A stretch of DNA of 64,000 nucleotides from the human T2T-CHM13v2.0 reference genome, Homo sapiens. A model generated the notes under the pieces. That model saw only the letters and a list, made by a program, of their open reading frames with translations, did no database searches and was not told the DNA's origin. Positions 57,365 through 64,000 of the stretch are shown piece by piece. Position numbers and translations under genes: made by a program. Within the stretch, counting starts at the first letter, position 1; each line of letters begins with the position of its first letter. The stretch is taken from NCBI RefSeq assembly GCF_009914755.1, contig NC_060937.1, one strand, 5' to 3'.

Positions 57365-59895
57365 CTGATCTTAGAGGAAAAGCTTTCAACTTTTTGCCAT
57401 TGAGTATGATGTTAGCTGGGGGTTTGTCATATATGCCCACTCTGACAACTTCTAGTCAGCAAAGTACTAGAAAGCCTAGCCAGAAGAGTTAGGCTAGAAA
57501 ATTGAAAAATGCAACGCAAATAGAAAAGAAGTGAAATTGTGTCTGTTTGCTGATGACATAATCTAATATATAGAAAATTCTAAAGACTTCACCAAAAATA
57601 CTGTTAGAAGAAATAAGCCAGTTCTGTAATGTATCAAGATACAAGATCAATATGTAAAAAGTCTGTAGTGATTCAACATACTATGAACTATTCACAAATG
57701 AAATTAAGAAAACAATACCACTTATAAAAGTATCAAAAATAGCAGTAATTTTAATCAAAATTGTGAAAGATCAATATACTGTAAGCTATAGAACACTGAT
57801 TTAAAAATGATGATAACACAAATAAAATGATATTCCTTATTAATGGATTAGAAGAATCAGTATTGATAAAATATTTATAGTACCCAAGGCAGTTTACAGA
57901 TTCAATGAAATCTCTATCAAAATGATAATGCTGTTTTTCACAGGAATATAATAAAAAATCATAAAATTTAAATGGAACCACGAAAGACACCAAATAGCCA
58001 AAGAAATATTGAGTAAAACATAAAAAAATAAAAAAAAAGAAAAACAAAGCTGGAAGCATTACAATCCCTCATTTCAAAATATAAGGCTATTTTAATCAAA
58101 ATAGCATGTAGTGGTGTAAAACCAGGAAGATTGACCAATGGAACAGCAATGAAAGCCCATAAATATACCCACACATTTACAGTCAATTAATTGTTGACAA
58201 AAGTGGCAAAAACACACAATGAGGAAAGAATAGTCTTTTCAATAAATGGTATAGAGAAAATTGGATAAACAAATGCAGAAGTATGAAATTTGAAGTTATC
58301 TCACACCACATTTAAAAAATCACCTCAAAATGAATTAAACAATTAAAAATAAGATCTGAAACTGTAAAATTACTGTAATAAAACAGAGAACAATCTCCAT
58401 GACATTGGTGTGGGCAATGATTTCTTGGATAAGACCCCAAAAGTATAGGCAACAAAAGCAGCAATAGATAAATAGGATTACACCAAATTAAAAGTCTTTT
58501 GCACAGCAAAGGGAACAATTAACAAGGTGAAGGGATAATCCATAAAGTGGGAGTAATATTTGCACACTATACATCTCATAAAAAGCTAATATTCAAAATA
58601 TATAAGGAACTCAAACAACAATTGCAAGAAAACAAATAACCCGTTTAAAAAATGAGCAAAGGAACCAAACAAACACTTCTAAAATAAAGACCAACTAGGA
58701 GACAACAGGTATCTGAAAAAGTGCTGAACATCTGTCAACCATCAGAGAAATTGAAATTGAAACCACAATGAGATGTCACCTCACATGAGATTGAACAGCT
58801 ATTACCAAAAGAGAAAAAGGAACAATTGGTGAGGATGAGGAGAAAATTAAACCTTAGTAATTGTTAATAGGAATGTAAATTAATACAGCCATTTAAAACA
58901 ACAGTATGGGCCAGACACGGTGGCTCACACCTGTAATCCCAGGACTTTGGTAGGCCAGGGCGGGCGGATCACTTGAGGCCAGGAGTTTGAGACCAGCATG
59001 GCCAACATAGCGAAACCCTCTCTCTACTAAAACTACAAAAATTAGCCTGGCGTGGTGGGGTGTGCCTGTAATCCCAGCTACTCAGGAGACTGAGTCAGGA
59101 GAATCACTTGAACCAGAAGGTAGAGGTTGCAGTGAGCAGAGATTGCACCGCTACATGTCAGCTAGGGCAAGAGAGCGAGACTCCACCTAAAAATAAACAA
59201 GCAAACAAACAAAAACCAGAATAGAGGTTCCATTTGGGGTATATACACAAAAGAATTGAAGGCAGTATGTCAAGGAGATATCTGCACTCTCATATCCATT
59301 GCAGCACTATACACAATAATCTAAATATGGACAAGCTAAGTGTTCATTAATAGATGAATAGATAAATAATATATATGTAATATTATGTATATTGTAATGT
59401 ATTGTTATGTAACATTATATCCCCTTAAAAAAGAGACTTCTACTATGTGCAACAACATGAGTGAACCTGGAGGACATTATGCAAGATGAAAGAAGCCTAG
59501 AAAGGAAGGAAAAATAATACATAATTTCAGTTATATGTGGAGTCTAAAAAAGTTAAACTCATAGATACATGAGTAGAATGGTGGTTACCAGACATAAGGC
59601 AAGAAGAGATGTTGTTCAAAGGGTATGAAGTTTCAGTTGTTCAGAAGAAATAAATTTTGGTGATTTATTGCACAGCATGGTGAGCATAGTTAATAACAAT
59701 AATATTGTGTATTTCAAAATCTCTAAAAGAGTAGATTTAAAATACATTCACCCAAAAAATAAGTAGGTGCAATTATGGTTATGATAATTATCTTGGTTTA
59801 TGATTTCTACAATATACACATATATCAACATATTACATTTTACCCCATAATTATATACAAATATTAATTGTGAATTAATATTTTTAAAAAGAAAA
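57365..59895 (+). mobile_element. L1MA-type element, 5'-truncated with a short inverted 5' segment (57365-57437)
   Basis: Sense ORF2 from atgcccactctg through tttgctgatgacataatc to an L1MA 3'UTR; preceded by an antisense copy of the adjacent upstream ORF2 segment. Confidence 0.87.
58909..59214 (+). mobile_element. AluS (Sz/Sx-like) within L1MA
   Basis: Full dimeric Alu with (AAAC)n tail. Confidence 0.93.
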
Positions 59896-59897
59896 AA

Positions 59898-60218
59898 CAG
59901 ACAAACACAGCAAGGAGAATGTCATGTCAAGTCTTACACAGATGCACAGAGTAAACATATATGATGATGAGTCAGAGATTAGAGTGATGCAGCCCTAAAC
60001 CTATAAATCTATAATCTGTATTTCTTTATAAATCTATATAAGTCCTTATACATCTATGAGGGAGCACCAAAGATTTCTGACAATCACCGGAAGCTAAGAA
60101 GAGGCAAAAAATATTCTCCCCTGGACGGTTGAGAAAGAGCATAGACCTGCTGACAATTCCACCTTTGATTTCTAGCCTCTAGAAGTGCAAGAAAATAAAT
60201 TTCTGCTGTTTTGAGTCA
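59898..60218 (+). mobile_element. MLT1 (C-like) LTR fragment
   Basis: caccggaagctaagaagaggcaa...cctgctgacaa...tttctagcctctagaagtgcaagaaaataaatttctgctgtttt. Confidence 0.72.
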
Positions 60219-60905
60219 AAACCAAAAAGACAGTAAGGGTCTATGAGACTTTCTTTCAAAGTCAGGATTACTATTTATTGTTAATAACAATTATTATCAT
60301 ACATTGAGACATATTTCTGGACTTTAAAACTTCTAAATTTTATCCTCCAAACAATTATAAATGAATGAAGGAATCGTGTTTTAGGGTATACACACGTATG
60401 TCAAGCAAAACCAATTTGTACAGAAAATCCAATAAATACATTAGTATGTTTACTATGGAGTTATATATATTGAGATATAATATATTATATTCCAGAGAAT
60501 AAGCACAATCATTTTGTGAAGTGAGGAGACTTCTGTAGATATAAATATTGCCCACCTTCCCAGCTTATATAGATTAGGGCTGCTATCCTCCTTTTGTTCC
60601 AAAACTACTTGGAACCAGCCTTGCTGAAAGCAATAGCTCCTTGATCCCTTCTCTGATTCCAATCCTGGCTTTAAAATTGCTGAAAGCATTTTAAAGCCCT
60701 TGCTTTCAGGTGTGTTTTTTTTTTTTATATTCAATGTAAAGTAAATAATTTATTTTCATAGTTAAAATAATATATTTTAAATAGTATTTTCCAAACCTTT
60801 GTGACATTATCACATATGTGGTTTTTATCATGGAATCTCTAGAGTTTAATTTGGCAACCTAAGTATTTTTCCAAAAAAAAAAAGCCTAAAGAAATTATTA
60901 ATTTC

Positions 60906-60940
60906 TTACTTAAATCTAAATTTTTACTTAAATCTAAATT
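60906..60940. repeat. 18-bp tandem duplication
   Basis: ttacttaaatctaaatt occurs twice in tandem. Confidence 0.85.
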
Positions 60941-62351
60941 CTGATTTTTTTGTAGTTGCTTGAAAATATGAGTGAGTATCTGCGGAATTAACATAAGAAG
61001 TTGATGTTTAATACACGCTGAGGTCTTGTGAGTACAATTATCTTTTACAACTATATGAAATGGTATTTGCTCAAGCTGTAAGGCAAAGCCCAAGGATAAG
61101 TAACATATAAATAGTAAAAGATGAGAGACTGGAAATAAAACATTGCAATACTCTGCCATTCTAAGGAGATGCTAAAGTTTTGTACATTTGCCTAAGAATT
61201 GCAAATGTGAGGGAATTCTTCTTATTATTTTTTTACAGAGGACCTACAGGGAACTTTATGTAGACACTTCTGTCTTCACTGGGGCACTGCCCATCAGGAA
61301 GACCAGGTTGGCTCCTGGCACGGAGATCCTTCATCTCCTCGGCTACCTGTGTCATAGCCAGCAGGCCAAAGTGGGTGACTGGGGTTTTGGCTCAAGATTG
61401 ACCCCGGGTGCCCAGCTGGGATCCCCTCAGTCCCAAGTAGGAAGATTGGCTGCTTCTCCACAGTTCATAGGCTTACAGTTTAAGACTTTCAGTCCGGCCC
61501 AGCTGGGAGAACACATGCCAAACAGCCCTGACCCAGCAGGCTGGGAGCTGCCTCCTCTCCAAAAGTCTGGCTGCCAGGTAACACCCTCCTCCTTCTTGGG
61601 GAGGGTTTTTTCCCTGTGAGCTTGGGCAGGAACCAAAACAGTTTCGCTCTTTCAAGGGTATTATTGAATGTACCAAAATAGGGACTTAAAGTTAAATCAT
61701 ATACATGCATATCCTCAGAATGAATTGGAAATAGTTTCAGTGCAATGAGATTTCAAAGCAAATTTAAATACATTTTTATTTTATAAGTATCTCCATTTAT
61801 TCTTTCAAATACAAGGTTAAATAATTGCTATATTCCTGTTTCTACAAGACTCAGAAATATTACAGATTTTACTGTATTTAAGCCATTATGTACTATACTG
61901 TAAAATGGTGAAAATGCCATAGATTTGTCATGAAGTTTATAATCTACCAAATGTGAGGCATGTGCCAAATCAATATTGTAGAAGATACAAACATTCATTT
62001 CCTGGCTTCGCAAAAGAATGGATGTTTAATCTCATTAAGATTATATACTCAGACTCTAGAAGATTGGAGACTTGGAAGAGATAGGAATAGTGCACTGATG
62101 CTGGATAAAGACAGTTAGATTAGAAAATGGGAAACAGCATGGGTATACACACACACAGAGGTTAAACAAAAATTGTGTAGGATAAACCAGTAGTAATGAA
62201 AGGATAGAGAAAAAAATTGACTAATGTTATGCACCTAGTTTGGTGATTATGCTGACTATACCATAACTAGAGGAATGGCGGATGGCTGTTTTTCTATGTA
62301 ATTGTAAAAATAGTATGACTCATTTTTTTGATGTTGACTTCTACAGCTTTT

Positions 62352-63046
62352 TAAAAAAATTTATTTTAAGTTCTGGGTTACATGTGCAGAACGTGCATGT
62401 TTGTTGCACAGGTATATGTGTGCCATGGTCGTTTCCTGCACCTATCAACCCATCATCTAGGTTTTAAGCCCCGCATGCATTACGTATTTGTACCGATGCT
62501 CTCCCTCCCCTTGCCCCCCATCCCCCGACAGGCCCCGGTGTGTGATGTTCCCCTCTCCATGTACATGTGTTCTCATTGTTCAGCTCCCACTTATGGGTGA
62601 GAACATGTAGTGTTTGGTTTTCTGTTCCTGTGTTAGTTTGCTGAGAATGATGGCTTCCAGCTTCATCCATGTCCCTGCAAAGGACATGAATTCATTCTTT
62701 TTTATGGCTGCATATTATTCGATGGTGTATATGTGCCACATTTTCTTTATCCAGTCCATCATTGATGGGCATTTGGGTTGGTTCCAAGTCTTTGCTATTG
62801 TAAATAGTGCTGCAGTAAACATACATATGCATGTGTCTTTATAGAAGAATAATTCATAATCCTTTGGGTATATATCCAGTAATGTGATTGCTGTGTCAAA
62901 TGGTATTTCTGGTTCTAGATATTTGAAAAATTGCCACACTGGCTTCCACAGTGGTTGAACTAATTTACACTCCCACCAACAATGTAAAAGCCTTCCTATT
63001 TCTCCACAGCCTAGCCAGCATCTGTTGTTTCCTGACATTTTAATAA
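62352..63046 (-). mobile_element. 5'-truncated L1PA (about L1PA8-10)
   Basis: catctaggttttaagccccgcatgcatt; 16-bp TSD gacttctacagctttt (62336-62351) / gacttatacagctttt (63047-63062), followed by AA (canonical TTTT/AA site). Confidence 0.93.
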
Positions 63047-63299
63047 GACTTATACAGCTTTTAAGCTTAATCCACCTCTGTGTCCCTCCTGCATAGCACC
63101 TGAGCAAGCTAGTAAGAGATCTCGGCTGCTCATTCCTTGGTGCGGGTGGGAGATTAAGACTAGCAACAAACAACAGTAAACTGCTGTTGACGTGCAAAAT
63201 TTCACTGAACTACCTGGGTATTTGAGCAAACCCTTTGTTATACTAGGCAAATGCAAAACAATTCTCAATCACTGTGTGTGAAAACAATGGACAAAATTT

Positions 63300-64000
63300 C
63301 AGTGTGACTTGGACAATTTTGTGGAGAAAACATGATCTAATGGACACATATGTAACACTGTACAAAACAACTGAGGAATCTGTCCACCAAAAATCATACA
63401 TAATTTATCAAAATTAAGAATAGAAAGAGGAGTGAGAAGCTTAGGAATATGTCCTATGGATATCACTAAAACTTACTGAGAGAACAAAATCAACATTCTC
63501 CAACTAAATATGAACTTTTTATTTTAAAAATTCAGAAGTTTCTTTGAAAAATGCCACATAATTTGACACAGCTAGAAATAGAAAATTTGAATACTTATGT
63601 ATTTACTGAATATATGTAATCAATGATTAGAACATTCTCACAAAGAAACTTCAAGACTGAATCACATAATAGCTAAATCTTAACAAACATTGAATGTGGT
63701 TAAGTAAAGCCAACTTTACTCAAATTATTTCAACTAAGATTTTAAAAAATATTCTAGTATATATTTGGGATTGAAAGGAGTTATCAGGAAAGGAGAAATT
63801 AGATGCTAATTTCACACACAGGTATACAAATGCAAAAATTCCACCATAAAATATTATCAAGCTGAATTTAATAATGTAATTAAAGAAGACTATATAACAT
63901 TCTTAAGATTAATTTAAGTAATTTAAACAGTAGGCTATAAAATTTTAAATAATAGTAAAAATATCATCCAAGAAATAAAGTATATATGACTAAATATTAA
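63300..64000 (+). mobile_element. Ancient L1M ORF2 fragments
   Basis: tgatctaatggacacatatgtaacactgtac; tacaaatgcaaaaattccaccataaaatattatcaagctgaatt. Confidence 0.55.

Noticed and set aside
62715-63197. 160-aa ORF on the minus strand
   Set aside because: Chance read-through from flank into the L1 ORF2 C-terminus (CWWECKLVQPLWK); no evidence of a gene.

Overview
Primate (most likely human or great-ape) AT-rich, repeat-dense, gene-poor DNA. I can support no intact protein-coding gene, tRNA, rRNA or CRISPR array. Almost all listed ORFs fall in repeats, microsatellites or decayed retroviral genes. The main elements are: (1) a complete 5.66-kb deleted-type HERV-H provirus on the minus strand (24101-29762), with two 411-bp LTR7s, a perfect TTTTC target-site duplication (TSD), a His-tRNA primer-binding site (PBS), and the ACAAAAGA motif linked to LTR7 activity in embryonic stem cells; (2) a truncated HERV-L (MLT2A LTR plus dUTPase remnant); (3) a MER9 solo LTR, MaLR LTRs, many Alus and L1s, including a very young L1 with the ACG/A signature; (4) a UBB-derived ubiquitin retrocopy. 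The most unusual observations are: the UBB retrocopy is enclosed by about 50-bp inverted repeats rather than a direct TSD; an unidentified GC-richer island at about 61.2-61.65 kb reads either as a retrocopied 3' end or as an in-frame cassette exon; and several local templated-insertion or hairpin scars. I see no evidence for a new multi-gene biological system. All repeat family names come from recalled consensus sequences and manual alignment, not from database searches.
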